From positions 27,245 through 91,244 of the forward strand of contig NW_025215329.1 in NCBI RefSeq assembly GCF_004010195.1: a stretch of DNA of 64,000 nucleotides. The letters are read 5' to 3'. Positions 39,419-51,470 of this stretch are shown here, one piece after another. This DNA comes from Chiloscyllium plagiosum. Lineage: Eukaryota. Each line of letters opens with the position of its first letter. The stretch's first letter is position 1. The position numbers and the translations under genes were made by a program. The notes below the pieces were generated by a model, which made no database searches, had not been told where the DNA came from, and was given only the letters and a program-made list of their open reading frames with translations.

Positions 39419-40588
39419 AATGGAGATTAACAAAGAACAGGTGTCACAAGGAAAACACTTTTTTTACACTCAGTGAGGGTTAGGATGTGCCTGAGAGTGT
39501 GGTGGAGGCAGATTCAATTGCGCTTTTATCTGAAGAGAACAAATTGCAAGACTATAGATGGAAGGACAGGAGGAATGGAGCTAGCTGGTTGCTCTGGCAG
39601 AACCTGTACTGACATGAAATAATAAATGGCCGCCTCTGTGCTCTGCCCATTCTGTGATTCTATGGCTAATCTGGATGACCAGATGGCACAAGGCCAAAAG
39701 CAAATTAACAAAAAATGCCACTTTGCTTATAATTATAAGCAAATATAATTATAATTAATATAATTATAACAATTATAGAACAATTATAATCAAGATATAA
39801 ATCAAAATGAACATAACAGATGCTATCAGAATAGTATTTCCCATGTAGATGGCCTGGTCAATCCAGTGGTTACCAAATATATGAACAACCTGTGCATGGT
39901 GCCACTCCAGAGATTCCCAGAAGATGGCATAGCCATGAGAGAGGCAGTGAAGCCAGGACAAGAACCCCCTATATGTGGCAACAAGCTTGGACCTGGATGA
40001 GTACTTTTGTTGGATCAGATTGATCTTATCTCAACCTGAAAATGAATTTTAGGCCAGACCTGTTCTGGACCCTGACACTGATGTAAAGCAAGATGTTGGA
40101 TCCAACCCTAACATTGAGGTAGAATTTCCATCATGCACTATCTCTGCCCAAATAAGGGATAGTATCAAATTAAAAGAAAAGACTTGCAATGTTGGCAAGA
40201 CGAATGGCAGGCCGTGTTGCAGAAAACAGTATCTAAAAGATTGAACAGACAACATGAGATTAACTCCTCCCATGAAGATATAAAGAAGGAGCTAAACGAT
40301 GCTGGGAGGAGCTACCCAGTATGTTTGTCTCTCTAAGTTGTGACCCAGAATGTTTCAGTCACAATAATGTATACTGTCTCTTCAAGATAGCCCAAAATCT
40401 TACAAAGGTCTTTCATGTAACACCGCTGTAATGTAACTAGCTATTATATATTATGTGATAGACACGAAATAACTGTACAGAGACCAGTATCCCATCACCC
40501 TTTAGTTACATGTGCACAGTATACTAGCTGTGGCCAGCCAACTCAGAGTCAATCCCCTAAACTGAGGAGATTCTGAATCCCCTGGTTA

Positions 40589-40952
40589 ATTTTTTTGTAT
40601 TTTATTAACCAGTACAAATTACAAACAATTAACATTAACAACGGTATACAAGAAACAGCAATTTACAGAGGAAAGAGGCAGCAAAACCAGACCGCAAACC
40701 CCACCCTACAACCAATTCACAGGGAAATGAGGACGAACCTCAAACCCCACCTTACATCAAAACGGAAACAGTAAATGCAATCACATCTAGACAAGCAGAG
40801 ATAATCTCTTACCAATAAACAGAGTCCTTTCTGGTACACAGTATCCATTACCATAAACAGTTCTCTTCATAATGCAGAGTCCATTCCCAGGAACAGTCCA
40901 CTGCAGAATGTAGAATACATTGGCAGAGATAGAGCCCACAACCAAAGGCAGA
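40589..40952 (-). mobile_element. Polyadenylated non-LTR 3' UTR insertion (Tx1/L1-like), copy 1
   Basis: Reverse complement ends ttaataaaatacaaaaaaa; perfect 14-bp TSD gaatcccctggtta at 40575-40588 and 40953-40966. Confidence 0.75.
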
Positions 40953-40966
40953 GAATCCCCTGGTTA

Positions 40967-41252
40967 TATATATATTATTTATTTTTATTAAACGATACAC
41001 AGTTTACAAAACAGATAACATTAACAGCTGTATCCAGGGAAACAGCAATTTTACAAGGGAGGGTAGCAGCAACGTCAGGCCCTAAACCCTAACGTTCAAC
41101 CAGTTTTCAGGGAAATGAGGACAAACCTCAAATCCCACTTTCTATCATCACAAAACAATAACAAATACATACAAACTAGTCCAATTACATAAAGAACAGT
41201 GCATAAAGTACAGAACCACACCTCCCCCAACGACCACCCATCCCTTCCACAT
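40967..41252 (-). mobile_element. Same family, copy 2
   Basis: Shares cagcaattt..cagggaaatgaggac..aacctcaaa with copy 1; followed by tcccccggtta. Confidence 0.75.
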
Positions 41253-41475
41253 TCCCCCGGTTAGATTTTTTTTCTTTTTTGTTGTGATCCCCTGTTTATA
41301 TTTTGTTTTCTCAACTGAGGAGATTCTAATCTCCTGGTTATATTTGTTTTGAAGTCACCCTTTATTTATTTGAGCGCAGTACACTGGCTGTGGCTAGCCA
41401 GCTTGGAGTCACTCCCCTGAACTGAGGAGATTCTAAATCTCCTGGTTATTTTTTTGAATTCTGAATCTCCTGGTT

Positions 41476-41688
41476 TTTATTAGAAGCAGGCCCAGGCTTC
41501 AGCGGCAGCAGCGGTGGTGGTGGTGGCTGCCTGTGCAGCTGAGCACAGCTCGAAATAAAGAAAAAACAAACACGAATAAACAATAAAGAAACCCAAACAA
41601 AAAAAAAAACAAATATCTTCCTAAATAAGGGGGTGAGGGTCGGTCGGGGGGGAAGGGAAAGAAACTCTCCTCCTCAGTACAGCAGGAA
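41476..41688 (-). mobile_element. Different polyadenylated insertion at the same target
   Basis: Reverse complement ends gcttctaataaaaa next to the target; no similarity to copies 1-3. Confidence 0.55.
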
Positions 41689-41759
41689 CACACTGATTGT
41701 AGCACCAACCAGCACAGAGTCAGTTCCCTAAACTGAGGAGACTCTGAATCTCATGGTTA

Positions 41760-42116
41760 TTTTTATTCCTGTTTATTTTTTAAAATTTTATTGAACAATA
41801 TACAGTTTACAGGAAAAACAGTTAACATTAACAGCTGTTTACAGAGAAACAGTAATTTTACAAGGGAGAGGAGCAACAAAGACAGGCCCCAAACCGTACC
41901 GTTCAACCAGTTTTCAGGGAAATGAGGACAAACCTCAAATCCCACTTTCAGTCACAAAACAGTGACAATGACAGTCCAATCACAGAAAACAGTGCATAAA
42001 GTACAGACACCCCACATCAAGCAACCCAGCAAGCCACCCGTCCCTCCCACCTTCCAGCCACTCTAAAGGTAACCCGCCCCTACGCTCCTTCCGGCTCTCG
42101 GTCCACCCTTCCAGTT
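41760..42116 (-). mobile_element. Same family, copy 3
   Basis: Homologous to copy 2; bounded by gaatctcatggtta (41746-59) and aatctcctggtta (42117-29). Confidence 0.75.
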
Positions 42117-43409
42117 AATCTCCTGGTTATATTGGTCAACCAGGTCTTCTTGATTGGACCAGGTTAACAACCCCAGTCAAGGATCTCACAGTCAATGAGA
42201 TCCACATGGTTCCAATCACTACATAAACATATTCTATTTATAAAGATTCAGCGTATCTTCTGCTGAGGACTTCATGTTGACATCCTTCCCCATTTGGTAT
42301 CCATTATCAGGAACATCAATAAGAAAGATTCGTGGTTAGTGAAGCACATAAGACACTTCATGTGGTTCTAGTGGAAATGGTCACAAAAGCTACCATGCCT
42401 ATATCTGAATATATATCACATAGCAAAAGACACATATTATACATATATATATATATATATATACGTGGCTCAAATATACATTATATTCAAAAGAAATCCT
42501 CAATTCTACAAAACCTACAACCATCTGAGAAGAAGAAAGAAGAATACATTCCCATCAGAACATATCCTTAAACATTCAGTAGCTTAAAAGTACAAAGAGT
42601 TTATCAGCTTCTTGGAATGCAGCAACTTGCCATTAAAAAAACCCACTAATTTCAAAACTAAGCTTGTCTTTCAAAGCCTAAAGTATCTAGTGCTGGAGAA
42701 AAATATTGAAAAAACTTTTGACGGCCAAGTATAATACAACCAATGGAAAAATCTGAATCATAAATCTGTGATGCAGCAGTCATTATTGGGCACCCCAAGT
42801 AATTTAAGTCCCTTGGAGGAAAGGTGAATATTCTTACATTTAAGGAAAAATTCCAGGCTGAGAAGCTAAAAGGAAGTGTAAATCAATACATTTAGGAAAT
42901 GAACATTGTTGAAATAATTTTAAATTGCCTAGAACATCTGAAAAAAAATTTAACACTCATGAAATAATTGTAAAAATGGCAATATAACTCTAAAGGCATC
43001 TGAAGTTTATAACAAGTCAGTCTTTCGAGGAAAAATATACTTTGTTATGAAATCAAAAAGGTCTTAAAGACAGGTAAAGGTACAATGCTAAGTTTGTCAC
43101 AGACAAAAAGCAGATAAAGTGCAAACCATCCGTGTTGTTAAAAGAGATGCCATACCGCTAAGGAAGAGGGTGAAACAACGTGAATTTACACAATTCCTCC
43201 ATCTTCAGAGGAAATAAAGATATAACATTGCTTCATTTTAAAGTATTTTAACAATCTTTAAATGCTTGGAAATACTTTTGCAACACAAATTATACAATTC
43301 TGAAAAGTACTTAAAACTTTCAACATTAATGAATGGAAATTGAGGAAATATTTCCGGAAAAGGAAAATAAAGAGATTGAAGTCAATATTGTTCATTAAAC
43401 ACCAAAGCT

Positions 43410-43945
43410 TCTTACTGTGTCCATTTCTGGTCACCCTGTTATAGGAAGGATATTATTAAGCTGGAGAGGGATCAGAAGAGATTTACCAGAATGTTGCTGG
43501 GAATGGAGGGTTTAGTTATAGGGGGAGGCTGGTTAGGCTAGGACTTTTTTCACTGGGGTGTAGGAGGTTGAGGGGAGACTTTATAGAGGTTTATAAAATC
43601 ATGAGGGGGTATAGACAAGGGGAATGGCAGGTGTCTTTTCCTGAGGGGATTTCAAGACCGGGGGGGGCCACGTATTTAAACTGAGAGGAGAAAGGTTTTA
43701 AAAAAGACGTGACGGGAATTTTTTTACACAGGGAATGAGTCACGTGTGGAATGAACTTCCAGGGGAAGTGATGGATGCAGGTACAGTTACAATGTTTAAA
43801 AGATATTTGGATAAATACATGAATAAGAAATGTTTGGAGGGATACGAGCCAAGTGCAAGCAGGCAGTTCTGATTTAGTTTGGGATTATGGTCGACATGGA
43901 CTGATTGGGCCTAAGGGTCTACTTCCATGCTGTATAACTCTATGT
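43410..43945 (+). mobile_element. CR1 3' fragment
   Basis: FWSP.YRKDIIKLER-type coding and CR1 3' UTR. Confidence 0.85.
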
Positions 43946-44690
43946 GATAATGCCTTATTAGCAATTCATCTTCATTATCTAGTAATAAATTAATTACAAT
44001 ATTCAAAAATCTCTCTGAAGAGGAAAACATTGAATGCAATTGAAGTGATTGCATAATTTAAAACATTGAATAGAAAACCACAGGCTAAATTGAAGGGTAA
44101 GTCCACATTATTGTTACTGAAACCTTCTGGTATACAAAGAGAGATGAGCACATAGGTTAATCATTCCCAGGATCAATCCTTAATATCCTGATGGGTCGAA
44201 CCTATGCTTGGATTTCAGTAAAGGGTTTCAAGTACTAAAAACCTTAATCAATGACTGTATTTATTTCCTCTTCTCCTTCTACACCTTGATTATCTTGTGT
44301 TTGTGAAATGCTATTAGTGTCCTTGACCATAAAGATTAGTGTTTATTCAACTCCTCTGCCAATTCCCAGTTCCCCATTACTGTTTCTCTGACCTTGTTCT
44401 CTGAGGACTTATGTTCACTTTGGCTTCTCTCTTCCTTTTTATATATTTAAATAAGCTGTTACTGCCTCTTTTTATGTTGCTGGCTAGTTTACTCTCAAAG
44501 TTTCTCTTCACTTTTTTTTTGGTCCTCTTTTGCTGGTTTGAAAATTTCCCAATCATCTGGTTTACCACTAATATTTGCCACGTATTATGTATTTCTTGTT
44601 CCAATTTTATGCTATGCTATCCTCAAGTTCTCTGTTTAACCATGGTTGGCTTATTCCTTTCCTAGAATCCTCCTTTCTCCCCAGGATACA

Positions 44691-44790
44691 CAGAGGAACC
44701 TTGATTATCCGGCATTCGATTATCCGAATATTGAATTATCTGGCAAGATCGCAAGGTCCTGATACCCGGTTAAACTATGTTATCTGGAAT
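44691..44790 (+). mobile_element. Tigger/pogo-type MITE end fragment
   Basis: cagaggaaccttgattatccgg with internal (gattatccg) repeats typical of Tigger-like TIRs. Confidence 0.5.
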
Positions 44791-44962
44791 TTGATTGTGG
44801 GAAAATGTGAAATTCATTTGGAAGGGAAAACAATAGAAAAGATTATTATTTAAATGGAGAAAAACTGCAGAAACAAAGGAACTTGGGGGCAATTTATTCA
44901 AGAAATACAGAAAGCTAGAACACAGGTGCAGCAGGTAATCAGGAAGGCTAACAGAATGTTGA

Positions 44963-47240
44963 CAACAGGAACAGAAGTTACCAGAAAAGCCCAGCAGGTC
45001 TGGCAACCGATGTGAAGAGAAATCAAAGTTAATGTTTCAGGTTCGACAACGCTTCCTCAGAACTGATGGTAGCTCGGAAAATGTTTTTTTTATTCAGAAG
45101 ATCGAGTGTGGAGAGGGGTAAGGATAGAGAGAGATAGGTATGGATAGAGTCCAAAGAGAGAACAGTTGGCCAGACAAAGGAATCAATAACTATCTGGCTA
45201 AGAGGGTGAATAGCTGTTAATGGGTACAGTTAGTGGTTAACAATGGGTAGTGTGTAATGGTAGACTAGGCGATAAAAATGTCTGATGTGTGGGGAAGGGG
45301 GCTAGGACATGGGAGAGTTCAGGCCCTAAAATTATTGAACTTAACATTGAGTCTGGGAGGCTACAGGGTCCCCAAGCAGAAAATGAGGTGTTGTTCTGCC
45401 AGCTCACTCTGAGCTTCACTGGAGCACTGCAGCAAGCCTGAGACAGAGACGTTGGCCGGGGAACAGGGTGGGGTGTTGAAGTGGCAGACAGCTGGAAGCT
45501 CAGGGTCTTTTGTGCAGATGGAATGTAGATGTTCTGCGAAGTGGTCACTCAGTCTACACTTCATTTTCCCAATGTAGAGGAGACCACTTTATCAGCAGCG
45601 GATGCAGTAGACTTGACCGTGAGAAATCTTCATGTGAAAGATATCATAGAATCATAGAATCCCTACAGTGTGGAAACAAGCCCTTCAGCCCAACAAGCTC
45701 ACACCAATCCCATGAAGAGTAACTCACCCAGACCCATTTCCCTACCCTATTACTCTACAGTTACCCCTAACTAACGCTGAAAATGTGTTGCTGGAACAGC
45801 GCAGCAGGTCAGGCAGCATCCAGGGAACAGGAGAATCGACGTTTCAGGCATAAGCCCTTCTTCAGGAAAGGCTTGAAGAAGGGCTTATGCCTGAAACGTC
45901 GGTTCTCCTGTTCCCTGGATGCTGCCTGACCTGCTGCGCTGTTCCAGCAACACATTTTCAGCTCTGATCTCCAGCATCTGCAGACCTCACTTTCTCCCCT
46001 AACTAGTGCACCTAACCTACACATCCCTGACCACTATGGGCAATTTAGCATGGCCAATCCACTTTACTTTCACATCCTTGGACTATGGGAGGAGACCGGA
46101 GCACCCAGAAGAAACCCACGCAGACACGGGGAGAATGTGCAAACTCCCTGATCTCCAGCATCTGCAGACCTCACTTTCTCCCCTAACTAATGCACCTAAC
46201 CTACACATCCCTGACCACTATGGGCAATTTAGCATGGCCAATCCGCTTTACTTTCACATCCTTGGACTATGGGAGGAGACCGGAGCACCCAGAAGAAACC
46301 CACGCAGACACGGGGAGAATGTGCAAACTCCTCACACAGTCGCCCGAGGCTGGAATCAAACCCAGGTCCCTGGCGCTGTGAGGCAGCAGTGCTAACCACT
46401 GAGCCACTTTGCTGACCTTGTTTAGGCACTTGGATATTGAGGAGGGAGGAGGTAAATGGGTGGTGTCACACCTTCGGCGATTGCAGGGGAAGGTGCCATG
46501 GGGCTGTTGGTGGGTGTTGGAAGTGAAGGAAGAATGGACCAGGGTGTCCCAGAGGGAATAGTCTCTCTGGAAGACAGACAAGGGAGTGGTGGGGAATATG
46601 TGTCTGGTAGTGGCATCCTGCTGGAGGTGACGGAAATGAAGGCTAATGATCCTTTGGATGTGAGTGCTGGTGGGATGGCAGATAATGACAAGGACAATCC
46701 TATTGTTGTTGTGGGAGGGAAGAGGGGCCGCGAGGGTGGAAGTGTGAGAGATGGGTCGGATCCGGTTGAGGACCCTGTCAATAATAGTGTTGGGGAATCC
46801 TCAGTTGAGGAAGAAGATGGACCTTTCAGAGGTTCCCTTGACGAAGTTGACCTCAACAGAACATATGCGACAGAGATGGAGGAACTGGGAGAATTGAGTG
46901 CCTTGTTATCACACAGTCTGCCATTACACACTACCTATAGTGAGCCACTAACAGTCTCCATTATCAGCTAGACCATTATGCACTCCTTTGTCTGTCCAAC
47001 TGTTCTTGTCTCTCTTTAGGCTCTATCCCCACCAAGCATTTACTCTTTACCCCCTCCCCCCACCCTAACTTCTGCATCTAAGCTGCCATTTTCCCAGCTA
47101 CCATCAGTTCTGAGGAAGGGTCACCAGACCTGTAACATTGACTTTGATTTCTGTTCACAGATGCTGGCAGATCTGCTGAGCTTTTCCAGCAACCTTTGTT
47201 TTTGTTTTTGATTTATAGCATCCGCAGTTCTTTTGGTTTT
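44963..47240 (-). mobile_element. Penelope-like element with inverted termini, inside a CR1 fragment
   Basis: GIY-YIG C-terminus RLSDHFAEHL...EQHLIFCLGTL; FQRDYSLWDTLVHSS..GTFPCNRRRC; orientation flips at ~46900; diverged TSD taacagaatgttg / taatggaatgttg. Confidence 0.8.
45645..46408 (-). mobile_element. HE1 V-SINE with nested PLE palindrome (45774-45995) and 184-bp tandem duplication
   Basis: TSD cccctaacta at 45764-45773 and 45996-46005; duplicated units 45964-46147 and 46148-46331. Confidence 0.88.
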
Positions 47241-47589
47241 TAATGGAATGTTGGCCCTTATTTCAAGGTGGTTGGGTTATAGGAGCAGGGAAGTCTGGGT
47301 TCAGTTGCAAGCAAAATTATAAGATCAAAAGCAAAGAAGAAGGATTCGTGTTGGTGTTCAATGATCTATAACAGTACAAGGTGCTGATGAGACCACATCT
47401 AGAGTACTGTGAGCAATTTGGTTCCCTTATTTAAGGAAAGATGTTATTTCACTAGACATAGTTAGGAGAAGATTCAGTAGGATGAGCCCCAGTAGGGAAG
47501 GATTGTTTAATGAGTAAAGGCTAAACAGGTTGGGACTCTATTCATTGGAATTTAAATGAATAAGAGGTGATTCCATCGAAGCATAATCA

Positions 47590-47925
47590 ATTAGATTAGA
47601 ATTATAGAATCCCTACAGTGTGGGAACAGGACATTTGACCCTACAAGTCCACACTGACCCTCCGAAGAGTAACCCACCCAGACTCATTCCTCTACTACTC
47701 TACGTTTGCACCTAACCTACACATCTCTGAACTCTAGCGGCAATTTTAGCATGGCCAATTCACCTAACCTGTACATCTTTGGATTGTGGGAGGAAACCGA
47801 TGCAGAGGAAACCCATGCAGACACGGGGAGAATGTGTAAACTCCACATAGACAGTCGCTTGAGGCTGGAATCAAACCTGGGTCCCTGGCGCTGAGAGGCA
47901 GCAGTGCTAAGCACTGTGCCCACCC
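47590..47925 (-). mobile_element. HE1 V-SINE
   Basis: Head, V-domain and tail in reverse complement. Confidence 0.88.
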
Positions 47926-48104
47926 ACCATGCTGCTCTTAAGGGTCTTACGGCTGAGAAGATGTTCCCCTCATGGGAGAGTCTAGGACCAGAGCACACAG
48001 CTTCACAAGAAAGGAGTGCCAAATTTAGACTGAGCTGAGGAGGAATTTTCTTCTCTAGTTTAGGTTGTGAGTCTTTGGAACTCCTTGCCACAGAGAGCCG
48101 TGGG

Positions 48105-48455
48105 ATGAGGTAATGGCCTAGTGGTATTATCCCTGGGACTGTTAATCCACAGACCCACCTAATGTTCTGGGGACCCGGGTTTGAATCCTGCCACAGCAGA
48201 TGGTGGAATTTGAATTCAGTTCAAACAGAATCTGGAATTAAGAAACTAATGATGACCAAGAAACCATTGTTAAATGTCAGAAAAACCCATCTGGTTCAGT
48301 AATGTCCTTTAGGGAAGAAAAGTGCCATCCTGACCTGGTCTGGCCTACATGTGACTCTAGACCCACAGAAATGTGGTTGACTCTTAAATACCCTCTGGGC
48401 AATTAGGAATGGGTAGTAAATACTGCTTAGTCAGCAACACCCTCATTCGGTGAAT
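48105..48455 (+). mobile_element. SINE family 2 copy
   Basis: tggcctagtgg A-box, ggtttgaatcc B-box, same body as 3743-4070. Confidence 0.8.
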
Positions 48456-48469
48456 GAATAATGAAGTAA

Positions 48470-51400
48470 AAGTGCCTGGGACATTAATGGGACTAAAGAC
48501 CCCTGGACATGATGGGATTCACCCGAGGATGCACTGGTACTCATCTTCCAAGAATCCTTAGAATCTGGAAAAGTCCTAGAGATTGGAAAACTGTCAATGT
48601 AACACTTTTATCAGGGAAAACAACAAACAAGTAAGTATAGGCCAGCTAGCTCAACGTCTGTGAAAATGTTAACGTGTATTATAAAGAATGTAATAGCAGA
48701 GCATTTGGAAATGCTAATATGATCAAGTAGGGTCAGGACAGAGAGGGAGAATAAGGGAATCGTTCTCAGGCTGGCAATCCGTAACTAGTGGGGTGCCAAA
48801 GGGATTATTGCAGGGGCCACAATTTTTTACAATAAAGACAGGTGTGGAAAATAAAGGTACAATAACCAAGTTTATGAATAATAAAAAAAAAGTGGGAAGG
48901 CAAGTAGTGAGGATGACACACAGAGTCTGCAAAGAGATATAGGCAGGTTTAGTGAGTGAGCAGAAGACCTGGCAGATGGAATATAATGTAGGACAATATG
49001 AGGTTATGCATTTTGGCAGGAAGAATAGAGGAGCTCCATATTATTTATAATGGAGAAACACTGCAGAAAGCTGCATATAATAGGGAAGATAAATGGCCTA
49101 GAATAAAGAGGTGCCAATTTGAGTCTGAAATAAGGAGGAATTTATTTTCTTAGAGGGTCGTCAGTCTTTGGAATTCCTTGCCCCAGGCTAGTGGGGTGGG
49201 GTGGCAGAATCCTTGCGTTTATCTAAGGCTCGATAGATAGATTTTTGATCAATCAAGAGTCATGGGGAAAAAGCATGAAAGTAGACGTGAGGAATGTTGG
49301 ATCAGCCATGATTCTATTGAATAGTGGACCAGTCTTGAGGGGTCAAATGTTCCTATTTCTTATTGTCTCATGTTCCTCAATGGTCATTACTGCCAATCTC
49401 CATTCTCAGTCCATTTCAGCCAACTCTGCCTTCATTGTAATTACTCTTTTTGAAGTTTAGCACAGTTGGTTCCAACCCAAGTTTCTCCCTCTCGAACTGA
49501 ATGCAAACATCTAGCATATTATGGTCATGGTTTCTGAGGGGGTTCTTTACCTCTGACACAATTTCTTAAAACTGCCTCATTACACACTACTGCATCCAAA
49601 ATAGTCTCACCCCTTGTTAGATCACAACGTATTATTCTAAGAAATAATCCCAAATATGCTCTATGGTTATCTTTGCCGATCTAAGTTTCCAAGTCCAAAT
49701 GAAGATTCAAGTCACCCATCCTTTCAAGAACGGAAGGACAGAGCAGCAAAACTACAGGCCAGTTAGCCTAACATCTGTCATTCAGGAATGCTTACTTGAG
49801 AAAGGATGTTCTGGCACTGGAAGGGCTACAGAGAAGATTCGCTGGATTAATTCCAGAATTGAGAGAGTTGGTTTACGAGGAGAGATGGACTAGACTGGGG
49901 CTGTACTCATTGGAGTTTAGAAGGATGAGGGGGAATCTTATAAAAACATATAAAGTTATGAAGGGAATAGATAAGATAGAAGCAGGGAGGTTCTTTGTAC
50001 AGGTGGATGAAACTTGAACTCAGGGGGCATAGCCTCAAAATAAGGGGGAGCAGATTTAGGACTGAGTAGAGAGGAAACTCCTTCACCCAAAGGATTGTGA
50101 ATCTGTGGACTTTCCTGTCCAGTGAAGCATCCTCGTTGAATGTTTTTAACGCAAAGATAGATCAAATTTTGAACAGTAAAGGAATTAAGGGTTATGGTGA
50201 GTAGGCAGGCAAGTGGACCTGAGTGCATGAAAAGCTCAGCCATGATCTCATTGAAGCAAATCCTAGCAGAAGGATGTTGAGAAACTTGAAAGGGTTCAGA
50301 AAAGATTTACAAGGATGTTCCAGGGTTGGAGGATTTGAGCTATAGGGAGAGGTTGAATAGGTTGGGACTGTTTTCCCTGGAGCATTGGAGGCTGAGGGTG
50401 ACCTTATAGAGGTTTATAAAATCATGAGGGGTATGAATAGGATAAATAGACAAAGTCTCTTCCCTGGGGTCAAGGAGCCCAGAACTAGAGGGCATAGGTT
50501 TAAAGTGAGGGGGAAAAATATAAAAGAGAACTAATGGGCAACTTTTTCACACAGAGGGTGGTACGTGTATGGAATGAGCTGCCAGAGGAAGTGGTGGAGA
50601 CTGGTACAGTTACAACATTTAAAAGGCACCTGGATGGGTATACGAATAGGAAGGGTTTGGAGGGATGGGGTTAGGTGCTGGCAGGTGGGACTAGATTGGG
50701 TTGGGATAAGTTGGATCGAAGAGTCTGCTTCTGTGCTGTACATCTCTGTGACTCTATGACTCTATGGATGTCAAAGCAGTCTTGATGGCCGGATAGCCTA
50801 TACCTTCTCCTGTTTCTTATGCTACAGTTCATTCTTACCAGAGCAGTATCAAGACATTTAGAAAATCATAATACAATGAAGCAGAGCCAACACGGTTTTG
50901 CGAAAGGGAAATTATGTTTGACAAATTTGACAAGTTGTTTGTACCAAGGAGTGTAAATAAACAGGAAACAGTAGGTGCAATGTCTCTGAATTTCCAAAAG
51001 GCATTTGATAAGATGCTACATTAAAAAAAGTTACTTCATCAGATAAGAGCGCATGGTGTTGGGGTCATATGTTAAGACCATAAGGAATAGGAGCAGAAGT
51101 AGGCCATTCAGCCCATCGAGTCTGCTCTGCCATTCAATGAGATCGTGGCTGATCTGATCATTCACCTTCCTGCCCTTCCCTATAACCCTTGATTCCTTTA
51201 CTGACTAAAAATAGGTCTATCTCAACCATGAATATTTATGACCTTGCCTCAAAAACCCTGTGGGGTAAAGAATTCCACAGATTTGGTGTGGATACAGGAT
51301 TGTCAAACTAATGAGAAATGGAGATTCGAGATGAATGAATGGGTCTTTTCACTCTGACAAACTGTAACTAGTGGGACACCACAGAGATCTATGCTGGGGG

Positions 51401-51470
51401 TCCAACTATTTACCAGATTAATGACGCAGATGAAGGGAATGAAGGTACTGTTGCCAATTTTGCTAATGAG
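48470..51470 (+). mobile_element. Cluster of CR1 fragments (mostly +)
   Basis: RKDVLALEGLQRRF..LYSLEFRRMRGNLIKTYK; younger 3' end at ~50265-50765 with (tgactcta)n tail. Confidence 0.8.

Larger units (their letters stand above)
40454..42223 (-). mobile_element. Solo-LTR-like host element carrying nested same-site insertions
   Basis: TG..CA-like ends; on the minus strand CCAAT (42153-57), ATATAA (target site) and AATAAA (41361-66 copy) occur in LTR order. Confidence 0.55.

Noticed and set aside
40575..42129. CRISPR-like repeat-spacer array
   Set aside because: Vertebrate context, spacers range from ~12 to ~360 bp and are homologous poly-A-tailed inserts, and there are no cas genes; better explained by repeated targeted insertion.
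39780..44200. AT-rich coding-like decayed sequence flanking the LTR-like nest (possible ancient DNA transposon)
   Set aside because: No motif could be recognised with confidence; a profile search would be needed.
46456..46971. 171-aa acidic/Gly-rich ORF
   Set aside because: Antisense reading of a Penelope fragment.
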